A stretch of DNA of 63,675 nt, filler included, from Octopus bimaculoides (GCF_001194135.2; 6 parts of 6 records of this genome joined end to end with filler, not necessarily neighbours in it), one strand, 5' to 3'. Shown: positions 25,080 to 38,007, numbered from the whole stretch's first letter. Notes: generated from the sequence alone by a model not told the origin. A program made the numbers and translations.

Positions 25080-25737
25080 CATATATTCGACGGACTTCTT
25101 TCAGTTTCCGTCTACCAAATCCACTCACAAGGTTTTGGTCGGCCCGAGGCTATAGTAGAAGACATTTGCCCAAGGTGCCACGCAGTGGGAATGAACCCGG
25201 AACCATGTGGTTGGTAAGCAAGCTACTTACCACACAGCCACCCCTGCGCCTATAGCTTGTTTAAAATTATATAATAGATAAATTGAATATTGGACTTCAA
25301 TTTAAAAAGATTTGTTTAACTATTCAATATTCCTCTACTCAATACTATCAATCAAAACTGGAGTGACAATAACCAAAACAAAATTACGACGTAGACTAGA
25401 CATAAGGAACACACTTCGAGTGTCATTGTTTCCTGTTACTCCCTGATAGGACCATCTAGTTGCAGGCAAACATGCTCAAGGCTCCCACTGATTCTACATT
25501 ATGGAGAGTTGATATTGATGTGATAACAATGTAATAAGCATTGATTCAGGGAAACTAAGCACGCAAGTGTGTGGCCAGGCTGGAACCCAGATATGAGAGT
25601 CAAAAGATTATACGATTGTTCTTCACTTTAATAAATTGCTCTTTTTATTATTGTTCTCTTTATCGAAATACACTTAAGTTGCACACATGTGCCATTACCA
25701 GTCCGTGGAAAGATTGTCCGGCATGAAGCCGGTCCGT
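24733..25737 (+). mobile_element. hAT-Charlie (Buster group) deletion derivative with transposase C-terminal remnant
   Basis: 5' end CTGAGGTCCTCAACC...GACCAGTACCGGTCAGTG. 25363-25491 encodes VTITKTKLRRRLDIRNTLRVSLFPVTP**DHLVAGKHAQGSH*. The 3' subterminal CCAGTCCGTGGAAAGATTGTC...GAAGCCGGTCCGT runs into an N gap. The two ends could belong to different elements. Confidence 0.8.
24813..25251 (-). mobile_element. SINE family A, full length and little diverged, nested in the hAT element
   Basis: Nearly collinear with 3261-3675. Confidence 0.92.
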
Positions 25738-26179
25738 NNNNNNNNNNTGTGTCTATGCATGCATTGAAAATAAATAACATGCAAAAGTGAAAAAGTAACC
25801 AATATATCTTCCTGCTTCTTTTTTATATATATATCTTTTTATTCTATCACCTTTTCAAAATTATTTTTATTCATATAATTAATTAATTAATTAATTTCTT
25901 TTTTTAGTCATAAATTAGATGTTGATTGTGATTTCACAATTTTTTTTTTATAATCCACTCCTTACAATGACTCAGCATTGCCAAAGATATTTACAAAAGG
26001 AAAGACAATTTATTATAAACAAATTAATTATGTTAATGATATAACTGCAATAATTATAGCATTGATTTCATACATAGGCTCAAAGCCAAATTGAATAATG
26101 ATAATAATATTAATAACACTAGTAATGATAATAATAATGATAATAATAATAATAATAATAATAATAATANNNNNNNNNN

Positions 26180-26221
<42 letters not shown>

Positions 26222-26549
26222 TCAGAAGACAGGAAAAAGAAAATTCTAACTTAGCTCTCACGACTTTGTTCCAATCCTATTGTGGTTTGTGAGGATAGTG
26301 GGTTTGCTTGTAAGTCTAAAGTTGATTTGATGGTGTGATGTCCTATCGCAGAGACAAGCAAGCATTGAATAATTAACTGAGAACTTGAATCCAAATATGT
26401 TGAAATCAACGAGAGTCCATTGTATATAGATACATATATGTATATGCGAGCGTGCACGCACACACATATGCAGACAAAGATACATAGATAGGTAGATAGA
26501 TATAAGGATAAATAAATAGGTGGGTAGGTAGGGAGGTAGGTAGGTAAGT

Positions 26550-26595
<46 letters not shown>

Positions 26596-27733
26596 NNNNN
26601 NNNNNATAGATAGATAGATAGATAGATAGATAGACAGAAAGAGATAGCTTTATGTATGTGAGAGAAGATGAAAAGGAAGATTAGAAAAGAAAGAATGAAT
26701 GAATGAAAGAAAAAAGAAAGGAAGAAAGAATGAATGAAAGAAAAAAAACAAAGAAATAAAGAAAGAAGGAAAGAAAGAAAATAAGGAAGGAAGGCAGCGG
26801 GGGATATATTTGGGAATATATTTGAAATATCACCCGAGTTGTGAGGCAAAATGTGAAATAAAGTTACTCGTAATTTTTTATGTATTTGATAGTTTGTGTT
26901 GTTTTATATATTTCTTTGAGGAATTGTGTTCGTCATTTATTTTGTTTTCGCTTTCCTACCTTTGAAGTGTCATCATCGTTTGAGAAGAAACTGGTTTCGC
27001 TTTCAAATTGTCATCGCTGACGACAGGTTTGACAGTGTGAGGAAGGATGTTGGTTGTTAGGCGAAGGTTGTGGTGGAAAGAAATGGCTTCTCCATCATAC
27101 TTTACATGCGATATTAGTCGAAGAAAGGGACAGGATTTTGCTTACGGTGAACTGAAAGAAAATCTGCGGGAACGCTTTTCAATAAGTCTTGTTACTGATA
27201 GTCTTGTTTGGCAGTCAGCCTTCTCTGTAGCGACAGATATGTCGGTATGACAGACAGGGAGAGACCCCGATATACAGAGTGAATGAAAAAGGGGAAAGAG
27301 ACAGAAAGTGAGAGAGAGAGAGAGAGAGGGACGGAGAAAGTGGAAGAGAGAGGCAAAGGCGGTAGGTCAGAAAACAACTAGTCAGAATTAGAGGACGGAG
27401 GACAAGCCGGGGTACTGGCAGACATGTGTTCAGACATGAAGAGAAATAGATAAGTTGGCGGTGTTAAATTTGATTGAAAGCCGGTGCTGAAAAGACGTGT
27501 GTGTGTGTGTGCATGTATGTGTGTATGTGAGAATGTGTGTGTGTGTATGTGTGTGTATGTACCCGCGTGCGCGCTTCAATATATGTATGTATGTGTGGGG
27601 GAGGGGCTTGATGTGTGATGTACAGATGAAAAGATACAACAAAGCAGAAATGGATGTTTTATGAAAACAGCTCATTGTGGGAGCTAAAATAGACATTGTT
27701 TCATATATATATATATATATAGATATATAGATA

Positions 27734-27774
<41 letters not shown>

Positions 27775-28739
27775 NNNNNNNNNNNNNNNNNNNNNNNNNN
27801 NNNNNNNNNNNNNNNNNNNNNNNNNNNNNNNNNNNNNNNNNNNNNNNNNNNNNNNNNNNNNNNNNNNNNNNNNNGTAGTAGTAGTTGTAGTAGTAGTAGC
27901 ATTTCTGTAATCTGTCTTTTCATGGCTAATTAATCGAATTCCTGCAATATAATTTTACACTAATACTAGGGATATAACACGTGCGTACACATTTTTTTAT
28001 TTTATGTATACATCTTAAAGGTAGAAAGACATAAATTGTTGAAGAAAAAATATATGAAACAATAAGAACATCAAAAAAAAAGAAAGAAAGAAATGAACAG
28101 CCGTTACTAAATAAATGAAAGAAGAGATAGATGATAGTAAAATACCAATAAAGATGGTATAACAACAAGAAAAGAAAGAGGAGAATGAGTACAAAGGGAA
28201 TGGAAGTGAACTCGAATAAAACAATTCTTATACACACGCATGCAGACATATGTAAAATATGAGTGTGTGCGTGCGTGAGCCTGCAATGTGCGTGTGTAAA
28301 ATTCTCAATGGTTGATAAACAGTCATTATATCTAGGTCAGTTCTCGAGAATTCGAACTGAAAATCAAAACCACAGGGATGAAAGATTAGGTTTAAGGTTT
28401 CGCTTTTTATGTTACAACAGTATTATTGCAAGACTGTAAAGAATGAAATGTGATAAGGTAGTACATAATTTCTTATAATGCTTAAAAGGTTTTAAGAACC
28501 AACACTGTATGTCAAAGAGCCTCTCCAATTCAATGCCAGACCTATAAATTTCGGTGCTGCCCCATTGTTGTTCTGCGCTTTTCACCCGTTTATATTCTTT
28601 AGAAATAATTTGTTCACAAATATGGATATATCGATCCTATTCCTATATATTATGTATTGTACCTGAATTAGAATCATTATTAATATTTTGTCGTCTGAGG
28701 TCGATGTGATCGGTTAACCCACTTCCACGAAATTGCTGT

Positions 28740-29565
28740 CTTCACGTTCTGAGATCAAATACCACCGGAGTCAACTTTGCTTTTCGTCCTTTCGGGGACG
28801 ATAAATTAAGTACCAGTTATGCACTGGGGTAGATGTAATCGACTTAATCCCTTCCCCCAAATTTCAGGCCTTGTGCTTCCAGTAGAAGGGGTTATTCAAC
28901 AAATGGCGGCGAGCTGGCAGAAACGTTAGCACGCCGGGCGAAATGTTTAGCGGTATTTCATCTGCCGTTACGTTCTGAGTTCAAATTCCGCCGAGGTCGA
29001 CTTTGCCTTTCTTCTTCCGGGGTTGATAAATTAAGTACCAGTTACGCACTGGGGTCGATGTAATCGACTTAATCCCTTGGTCTGTCCTTGTTTGTCCCCT
29101 CTATGTTTAGCCCCTTGTGGGCAATAAAGAAATAAGAAGGGGTTATTAACTGTTTGCTGAAGGTGAAAGGCGGGCGAGTTTGCAGAATCGTTAGCATGCC
29201 AAGCAAAGACTTAGCAGCGTTTCGACAATCTTCTCGTTCTGAGTTCACATTTCGCCAGGTCGATTTTACCTTTCGTCTTTCTGGGGTTGATAAAATAAGT
29301 ACCTGTCTCAGCACTGGGGTCGATGTAATTAATTTAACACTTTCGTAAAAGTGCTGGCCAAAAGAAATTCGAAATCAATATTTAATTGAAGGTATCTGCC
29401 GGAAAAATACTTAGCAGTATCTCTTTCCGCTTCGTTCTGAGTTCAAATGCCGCCGAGATCGACTTTTCTTTTTCATCCTTTCGGGCTCAATAATTGAGCA
29501 CTGGGGTTGATGTAATCCACTGTTAGCCTCCTTACAAATTTCAGGCCTAATAAAAAGAATTATTA
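28740..29565 (+). mobile_element. Head-to-tail cluster of four SINE B copies (about 28740, 28905, 29167, 29395)
   Basis: The TTCTGAG(T/A)TCA...GTC(G/A)A(C/T)TTT...CTGGGGT core recurs four times. 28905-29135 is the most intact copy. Confidence 0.9.
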
Positions 29566-30123
29566 TAATTTAGCCGAATAATAGAATCATTACAACACAA
29601 GAATACCATTTTGGTATTTCTTCGAGATGCTGAGTTCAAACACTGATAAAGTTAACTTCACCTCTCATGCACCAGTATCAGTTAATTACTGGAGTTGAAC
29701 CCCTAATTTTAAGATCTCATATGCAGGTTACATGGTAATCACAGCGCATGACCCTCCACTTAGAATTTTCTTCAGGTCTAGTAGACCATCCCGCTCAAAA
29801 GGTCCCTGAATAAGGGTTTTTTAAGGATGTTGAACGAAACACCCATGTTTCCAGAGGTGAATTATCCAAACCCCACCAAATTCCTTTCAACACATGGCTA
29901 TAATACTCCCCCACTACTTCTGCTTGTGGTCAGTGATGCACATATCGTCTGCCACTAAGGGACATGCACAACTGGTTAAGGTCAAACAACTGATAAGCAG
30001 ATCTGTGGTATTAAGCAGAATATTTGCTGTAGCCCATCTTTTTATACCAAGACAAAACAATGTACATGATAACACTTCCAATCAGTTAAGATCAGAAGCC
30101 ATGAGAGCCACTGCTTGGTACTG

Positions 30124-30142
30124 CATCATCATCATCATCATC

Positions 30143-30198
<56 letters not shown>

Positions 30199-30229
30199 CA
30201 TTATTATCATTATTATTATTACTACTACT
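30124..30229. repeat. (ATC)n(ATT)n(ACT)n microsatellite
   Basis: Read directly. It directly precedes a SINE B head. Confidence 0.95.
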
Positions 30230-30890
30230 AAAGCGGTGGGCTGGCAGAATCGTTAGCACGCTGGACGAAATACTTAGAAGCATTTCGCCCGTCACTACGT
30301 TCTGAGATCAAATTCCGCCGAGGTCGACTTAGCCTTTCTCACCTCCGAGTTCGATAAATTAAGTACCAGAGTAACTCTAGGGTCAATGTAATCGACATTC
30401 CCCTTCCCTAAAAATGGCTGCCCTTGTTACAAAATTTGAAACCATTATTATTATTATCTTTATAGCATTGGACAGAATGTGCAGCGGCACCTTCCAGCTC
30501 TCTATGCGTTCAAATTTCACCGAGACATCTTATTTTATTGACCCCGAAAGGAGTCAATTAAATAAAATATCAGTCAAATACTAGGGTCGTTGTAATCGAC
30601 TACCTCTCTCTTCCCAAAATTCCAGGCCTTGTGTCACTCAGAATCAATTATTATTATTGTTGTTGTAGTCAGGTGGCGAGCTGGAAGAATCGTTACTGCG
30701 CCGAACAAAATACTTGGCGGCATTTAATGCATCTTTATTTTTCTAAGTTCAAATTCCGCTGAGGTCGACTTTCCTCTTCATTCTTTCAGGGTCGCTACAA
30801 TAAGTACCAAATGATCAGAGGGTCCGATGTAATCAACTTACCCACTCCACTGAAATTGCTGGCCTTGTGCCAAAATTTGAGATAATTAAT
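30230..30890 (+). mobile_element. Head-to-tail cluster of three SINE B copies (30230, about 30470, 30671)
   Basis: Same core, with copies separated by (ATT)n tails. Confidence 0.88.
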
Positions 30891-32029
30891 GTTGTAGTAG
30901 TTTTTTAAAGAAATTTTATATGGTCACAAGTCAGTATAATAAAATATAACATAATTTTTCAAGTGTTATCAGATCACTTCCGCCAAAAGTGACAAAAAAA
31001 TAGTGATAGTAAAATATGTTAAAAAATCAGCAAACATATACGACCATAAAAATTATACAACAATGTTCTCTGAAAGATACATGTACATTTGTCATCCATC
31101 TAAATATATTCGTTATTTCTCCATTTCTTAGCTGGATTAGTCATACGATATAATGGAGTGTTTGCTAAAATACATTGCCAGTAATAACACTCATGAAATG
31201 ACAGCTGACATTAACAAAAATATTCTTAAGTGCTTCAAATCGATCAGCTCACGATATACCCAATTGAACGTTCTGTATTTTATCATTTTGTTTTTTTTTC
31301 ATTTTCATTAACATATAGTTATTTTGCTTGTTACTCTCCGCCACTAAACTTGTTGACAGAATTCATGTTATCGTCTACAAATTTCATTTATACACCTTCA
31401 TATGATATATATGTATATATATATATAACATTCAAGCGACGTTACGGTGACGATATATGTATACTTTTCTTTCAAACGTTAGTATCTTTCGGCCAGTTCG
31501 AAAGCGACATATTACAGGAGTGATGGCATTGTCGATTCTGTTGAATCTATTGTACTTAATAGTTGTTGGCTTTAATCTTTGGTCAATAAATCCTAATATA
31601 TATATATCACGCCAGCTTAATTCAATTCCTTCCTAGTCGAAAGACACTTGTTGTTTTGTCCTGTTATTTGCATTTGTATTTGTGTAACATTTGTCCATTT
31701 TTTTCCCGTCCTTGTTTAGGTACACATTCGCTGCTTTCTTCCAGGGAGTCTAGGGCTCTTAGCTTAGTTTTTCCTTGGGGCTGGCCAGATTGGAGCAATC
31801 TCGAGTATAACCAGCCGAAATTGCAAAGATAATCTGAAACTTGACTGAAGAAAGAAAACTTCGAATGACCCGTCCGTGTTTCTTCTTGTCCCTTTTTTGT
31901 ATCATGTCTGGATGTTTTGTCTCTTTTTTGTATCATCTAGCTGTCAGGATGTTTTGCATTCTTNNNNNNNNNNTATATATATATATATATATGTAATATG
32001 AAGGGTTTAGTTCACTAGTGTCCTCAATA

Positions 32030-32387
32030 AAATGTACGCACAACAGACCTGATATAATGATTTGGAATAGAGAAGAGTAACTGAGCACAGTTGTGGAAAT
32101 TAGCTGCCCAGCAGATGTAAACATAAAGCTGAAGATCAGAGAAAAAGAAAGAGAGCACCTATGCTGAACTATTGAGAAACCTGCAGTTACTCTATCCAGA
32201 TTACAAGTTTAGGATTATACTTGCAATTATTGGGGCCCTGGGATATATAACACACTGCCTAAATACCAATCATGAGAAATTAGGCTTCTCAAAATTAGAA
32301 GCGAGAAAGCTACTTCGAAAACTACAGATCCAGTCCATCTCTGGAACTGTAAAAATCTGTAAAAATTTCCAGGAGTTTATCATTTAA
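32030..32387 (+). mobile_element. 3' end of an R4/Dong-like non-LTR retrotransposon (restriction-like endonuclease domain), one stop and one frameshift
   Basis: KCTHNRPDIMIWNREE*LSTVVEISCPADVNIKLKIREKE, then STYAELLRNLQLLYPDYKFRIILAIIGALGYITH...LQIQSISGTVKICKNF*. Contains the RPD..E..C..D/N...K and IGALG motifs of RLE-type LINEs. Confidence 0.8.
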
Positions 32388-32392
32388 ACATG

Positions 32393-33012
32393 GGATCTAT
32401 TTTAAGACGGGGGCCACATTTTTCATTAATGTTTTACGTAGTGTTTTTGGTACGGAAAGACTTTCAAACTTCGTATACTTATCTATTTTGTGTTATAGAA
32501 CAGAAAAATATTTTTGAATTCGAATTTATTTCATGTAAAAAATTGTCTTATTTCGATAATTTCAACCAATCACTGACAAGTATTCAGTTGTTTACATTTA
32601 CTCCTTTGTCTGATCAAGCGATGTAAAGCGTATTTAATCTCCATACCTTCGTTTTATTTGCTTTTTTCATTTAAAATTTGTTTTAACCCTAACCCTAACC
32701 CTAATCCTAACCCTAACCCTAATCCTAACCCTAACCCTAATCCTAACCCTAACCCTACGGTTAGGGTTAGGGTTAATTATTTCAGAATCGTTTGTTTATG
32801 TAGTCGGCACTTAATGTATATCGGCTGAATGGATGTCAGTGATTGGTTGAAATTAGAGAAGTACGACAACTTTCACATGGAATAACTTATGGGTTTCCTT
32901 TTTTTAAGAAGACTAAGAGAAAGAGATGTTTTATATGACACATTCTACCAGTGTTCCAAGTTTCAAAGTGTTTCGTTAATGAAAAATGTGGCCCCCGTTT
33001 TAAAAAAGATCC
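32393..33012. mobile_element. Merlin-like MITE (620 bp) with 37-bp TIRs and a perfect 8-bp TSD
   Basis: Left TIR GGATCTATTTTAAGACGGGGGCCACATTTTTCATTAA against the right TIR reverse complement: 2 mismatches. TAAACATG flanks both sides (32385-32392 and 33013-33020). GG-initiated TIRs with an 8-bp TSD fit Merlin; the superfamily call is inference. Confidence 0.8.
32684..32776. repeat. Interstitial telomeric repeats, (CCCTAA/TCCTAA)n then inverted (TTAGGG)2
   Basis: Read directly. It lies at the centre of the MITE. Confidence 0.95.
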
Positions 33013-33431
33013 TAAACATGTCTTGATATGCAACTATATGCATGAAAATTCATACATAAAACAAACCGTACAAATCTGCACACATACATACATACATACA
33101 TACATACATACATACATACATACATACATACATACATACAAAGAAACAAAAATACCCTGTTGCTGATGTTGAAATTCCAATGAAGGAGCCTTGAAACTAT
33201 GTTACAAACCGAATCTTTCTCTATTGGCAAGAAATCTTACCACAGAAACCACGAATAATATTACAATTACGTATATAATTATTGGTACATGATTCCACTT
33301 GCAGTACTACGACAGCTACTAATGCAATCAGATTTTCAACCAGAGAAATGATATTCTTAAAGAGAATTCAGAAACACGCGTACAATACATAACGCTGTCT
33401 CTGTAGATAAATACATACACACACACACGCA

Positions 33432-33479
<48 letters not shown>

Positions 33480-33668
33480 TACGTACGTACGCACACACAC
33501 GCACAGGTACACACAAAAATTCACATGTAATATAAATATATAATATATGTATGTATACACACCCATTCATAAGCACGCACAAACGTACATTTATATGCAT
33601 GTGTAATTACATGTGAATGCGTGCGTGCTTGCATCTGTGTGTGTGTATGCGTTTCTATGTGTTTGCGC

Positions 33669-33716
<48 letters not shown>

Positions 33717-34279
33717 ATTTCGAGGCATTTTCTGTTTTCTGAGAAACACCCTCAACTTTAGATGAGTTGAGATGCGTACTGTGAAACTTCTCAAACCATA
33801 TACGCGCGCGCTCACACACAGACGCTCGCGCGCGCAGACGCTAACACACACACACGCACGCGAACACTCACACTATTACTACTCTTGTTGCTGCTGTTGC
33901 TGCAACACATTCACAAACTTAAATTAATATACAAATGCGAAACCATACACTCATACATAACCTTCCCTCCCGACAATAAGATAAAACATTTGGCACCCAC
34001 TTCACATTCAGTTTCACAATGAACGCACATACACACACACGCACACACGCGCGCTCACACACATAGACGCATCTACATACACGCACATACACGCATACAT
34101 ATAGACATGCAAATAGACATAAACACAACCTCTACACATTTACAGACACATACATCAACAAGTCCCTTCCCAACCCATCAAAATCCGATGCAGACTGATT
34201 TCACCGTCTCCCGCATATAATCGCCAAGCACGAAGGCTTCTCAGGTCAGTTCGCTTCAACAAGGTGATTAGCTCTGACG

Positions 34280-34480
34280 TTGTTCACTCAATCACACTCA
34301 AAAATGTCCTCTTCATATCTGTCATCCTTAACTAAAACACTTCAGCATTTGTCTCATTACCGATAGTTATCGCAGCCTATATGTGACTACGCAACAGTGT
34401 GTCTTCTCGTCCAAAAAGAGGCAAGTTTTTTGACTCTATCAACTATAAACCCATTGCTAACATTTCAGAAACTGTAGAGG
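34280..34480 (+). mobile_element. Decayed L2/CR1-type reverse transcriptase fragment
   Basis: RPKRGKFFDSINYKPIANISETVE resembles PKKG...DP.NYRPI....SK..E. Confidence 0.55.
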
Positions 34481-36262
34481 TAGCTGTAGAAAACTATCCT
34501 AAAATCTTGTTTCCATCCACACTGACCATTAGTATCCTTTTATAGAGCAATATCAATCAAACATTTTCAATTATACCTCGCTTACCAATTTTCTGTCGTT
34601 GTCTGAAATATGTTGAAAGTAATACTTTTGCACTCAACGTTATTAATGAAGCTTTGGTTGTGACTGGTACAAGAGCTTTCTTAACAAGTTTAACCGAGAA
34701 TAGGTACCACCTGTTGCTTTTCTCTCAAGTGTCTTGAGAGGCCAATCTGTTCCTTGAGACTTTGATGTACTTCAGTTTCGGTTATAACCCATGCGTTTTT
34801 CTGTATCCAAGTCGATGATATCTTGATGCTTCCAACCAAATATGATACAAGCAGCACTGTGTATATGATAGACGTCCTCTGTGCTTGATCACCTTTCGCG
34901 CGTAAACGCCAGTCACATGGAAGCTAAAATCTCACGTAAAATGAGATTTACTTCTAGAAAAAAAATTTTAAATATACTTCAATACGGAAAACACCACTTA
35001 GTCTACTTTAGCATTGCTAAAAACTTTGTAGAAACACATATCACAACTTCCCTATTGGTGGATAATTCACAGTTACAACACCCGTAAAATTCATACAAGA
35101 CTACATAGTCTCGAAAGATCTCTCCTATAAAAACAACAAACATTTTACTGCTCAGACTCGAATTTTATCCCAGAAGTTGTATTCCAGAGTTTTATGCTCT
35201 CTCTTCATTATTAAATTACTTCAGCGTTAATTCTATACAAGATACAAATACGCTTAGCAAACAAGTTTTATTCAAATGACTATGACGATATAGCTAGCGC
35301 GTTGCTACATTGTTAAGGAGTAAACTTGGCAAGTGCATGATTTCGGTTTCGATTACACAGCGAGGCATTCTGAGCTGGTGTCTAACCTCTGGTCATTAAC
35401 AGCTTTCTGTGTAGAATATTGCCAAACGAACCGCTTCTATTTTAGATTGGTAAATTAATCCGTTTTCTGATTAAATAGCACCGTCTGCACCTCCACAGTC
35501 TTCAGCGCAATCCATTGTGTTACAAGTATTCGGGTCAGGTCTCTAGGACAAAAATAAATTTCAAAAAAATCTTTTCCTCTTCCCACTACACTAAACATTG
35601 AAAATTTTCATTAACGTACCTTTACCCGTCCAACTAAGCCACTAAAAACATAACGATCTTAAATAAATTTAAGTAAAAATGGCCAGTCATCCGACTGCAA
35701 ATATTAACACCTTAACTTCAAACTTTGCAAACTATTACAACGACCCTGTATTCTTAGTCTACTTCTAATGTACTAGGTTCCTGCTCAACTGAACTACTAA
35801 GTCGTTGAACAGTACTGGCTCAGTTCATTTATACATATGCTTCTTCTCTTGTTTTCCCAACAATTTTCTCTTCCCAAAACTTATATAGATGGCTCTTATT
35901 GCTGAATTAATCTGAAATGTTTCCTGCTCATGTTAACCTGCTAATACCTATCTATAAAAATGACCACTAAATATTAACTGCATCATACAGATACATATGA
36001 AACATATAGACTCAGCTCCTAAGTCTCGGAATGGTACCGAAAAATATACATACATACATACATACATACGTACATACATCTTTAATTCATATGCTACAAA
36101 TAACCACGATATATTGGACTATAAAAATCTGCATGGCTTTAAGATTTAAAAGATGATAGTTAAAAGATGCTTTCTTTCACAACCTTGCTACCAAGTGGGT
36201 GGCCGGACAGAATTTACTCTAAAATTTACTATAAAAAGAAGAGAAGATAATACATACATACA

Positions 36263-36294
<32 letters not shown>

Positions 36295-37483
36295 CAGTAT
36301 TCGGGCTAAATTTGAAAATTTTTTGAAAAACGCAATATCCCATCCAAAAATAAAAGCAGCTTTGCATAACCCTCTGAATTGATCTTAAGGCTCCATTTAA
36401 AGAAATGGGATGGATTCCGACGTGCAGAAGCAATCAGAACACCTGTTGTGTTCTTTTCTGCTAGATACGGCTCCTCAGCCCCCACCAAAGCTGTCCATGT
36501 CAAGTCTTACAGCCTTTACAGTGTTCATGGAGCATTGGGCAACAGCCATGGTATTCGTATCTCGATACTCGGTGCGGATCCTCGTTACAGAAGTAAGTCT
36601 TTTTCAATAATCAGATAGCTTCCTGTCCTTCATGTCAGCTAGGTTTTTCTCAACTACAACTTTAATCTTTATATACATGTGTTTATATTTCTGCTCCCCA
36701 GCAGCGATGACTGTTCACCAATACATCAAACTATTCCTGACAAAGAGGAGACATAAAAAAATCGCCTAATTTAGCCCGAGCACCCTGTGTGTATATAAAT
36801 ATATATATAAACGTTTGTGCAGAACAAACCTTAAATAACGGGAATGAATTGAGAAAATTACCATATCTATTCTCGTATTTACCACATCGTGTTCTTTATT
36901 CGTGGTGTGTAACTTTTACTGTACAATATGGGGTTAGAGTTTCCATGATTATGTATATTTTGATACTGAATATATTTCCTTGATAGCAGAGAAGCCAGCC
37001 AAGAAAATAACTTTAGTTGTATTGTGTCGACCTTCCATTTCTGTCTCTCTTCCTCTCTCTCTATCTATTTATCTCTCCCACCTTTTTGTGTTATTTTTAG
37101 TATCATTTTTATCGTAAAATATGAATTAAAAAAATACAGGGCTATTACCGAGAAATAGTTACAAATAGCAAGATGAAAAGGGAACGTTAGAATGATGGAA
37201 GGATGTAAAGATCATGTTACACTTATTTGTAACCAATCTGCCGGATAGCTATTTTTTTTTTAAAATTAACTAAATTAACATTAACGCGTTTCATTTACTG
37301 ATACATCGTGAATAAACTGCAATACCAGAAAACGTTTTTCTTTTATTGGCAATAAAGAAAAAGAGCAAAATCCTTGGTTAATGTTCTTCTGCAGATGTCC
37401 ACCTTTGTGCTATTTTAATTCATACAAAACAAATATTCCAATCTAATTGAACCCTACTGTATTTCGTTCATACATATGCATAT

Positions 37484-37721
37484 TCTTTTCTTCTTTTCTT
37501 GTTTTTTTTTTCATTTACTTGTTTCAGTCATTTGACTGCGGCCATGTTGGAGCACTGCCTTTAGTGGAACAAATTGACCACAGGACTTATTCTTTGTAAG
37601 CCTAGTACTTATTCTAGCACTTACTTTCGCCGAACCGCTAAGTTACGGGGACGTTAACACATCAAAATTGGTTGTCAAGTGATGGTGGGTGGTCAAACGC
37701 AGACACGCATACAAATATATA
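37484..37721 (-). mobile_element. SINE family A 3' module running into an N gap
   Basis: Matches 24813-25020. Confidence 0.88.
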
Positions 37722-37972
37722 NNNNNNNNNNNNNNNNNNNNNNNNNNNNNNNNNNNNNNNNNNNNNNNNNNNNNNNNNNNNNNNNNNNNNNNNNNNNNNN
37801 NNNNNNNNNNNNNNNNNNNNNNNNNNNNNNNNNNNNNNNNNNNNNNNNNNNNNNNNNNNNNNNNNNNNNNNNNNNNNNNNNNNNNNNNNNNNNNNNNNNN
37901 NNNNNNNNNNNNNNNNNNNNNNNNNNNNNNNNNNNNNNNNNNNNNNNNNNNNNNNNNNNNNNNNNNNNNNNN

Positions 37973-38007
<35 letters not shown>

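Noticed and set aside
29690-30120. GC-richer blocks that look like interspersed repeats (also 9000-9420, 31640-31960, 36380-36620, 38040-38300, 39245-39790)
   Set aside because: Only one copy of each in the window and no diagnostic motif, so they cannot be classified without a library search.
28740-30890. CRISPR-like array (also considered for 16252-16389 and 60299-60450)
   Set aside because: Units are about 200-bp diverged SINEs or spacerless tandem repeats in a eukaryotic context, with no cas genes.
31843-31875. CTGAAGA-AAG-AAAA-CTT-C-GAAT-GACCCGTC hammerhead-like string
   Set aside because: GAAA and the UH cleavage site are not preserved, there is no stem I, and only one copy is present.
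32684-32776. Chromosome-fusion scar or true telomere
   Set aside because: The orientation is CCCTAA then TTAGGG, opposite to a fusion; the tract is short and enclosed by TIRs and a TSD.
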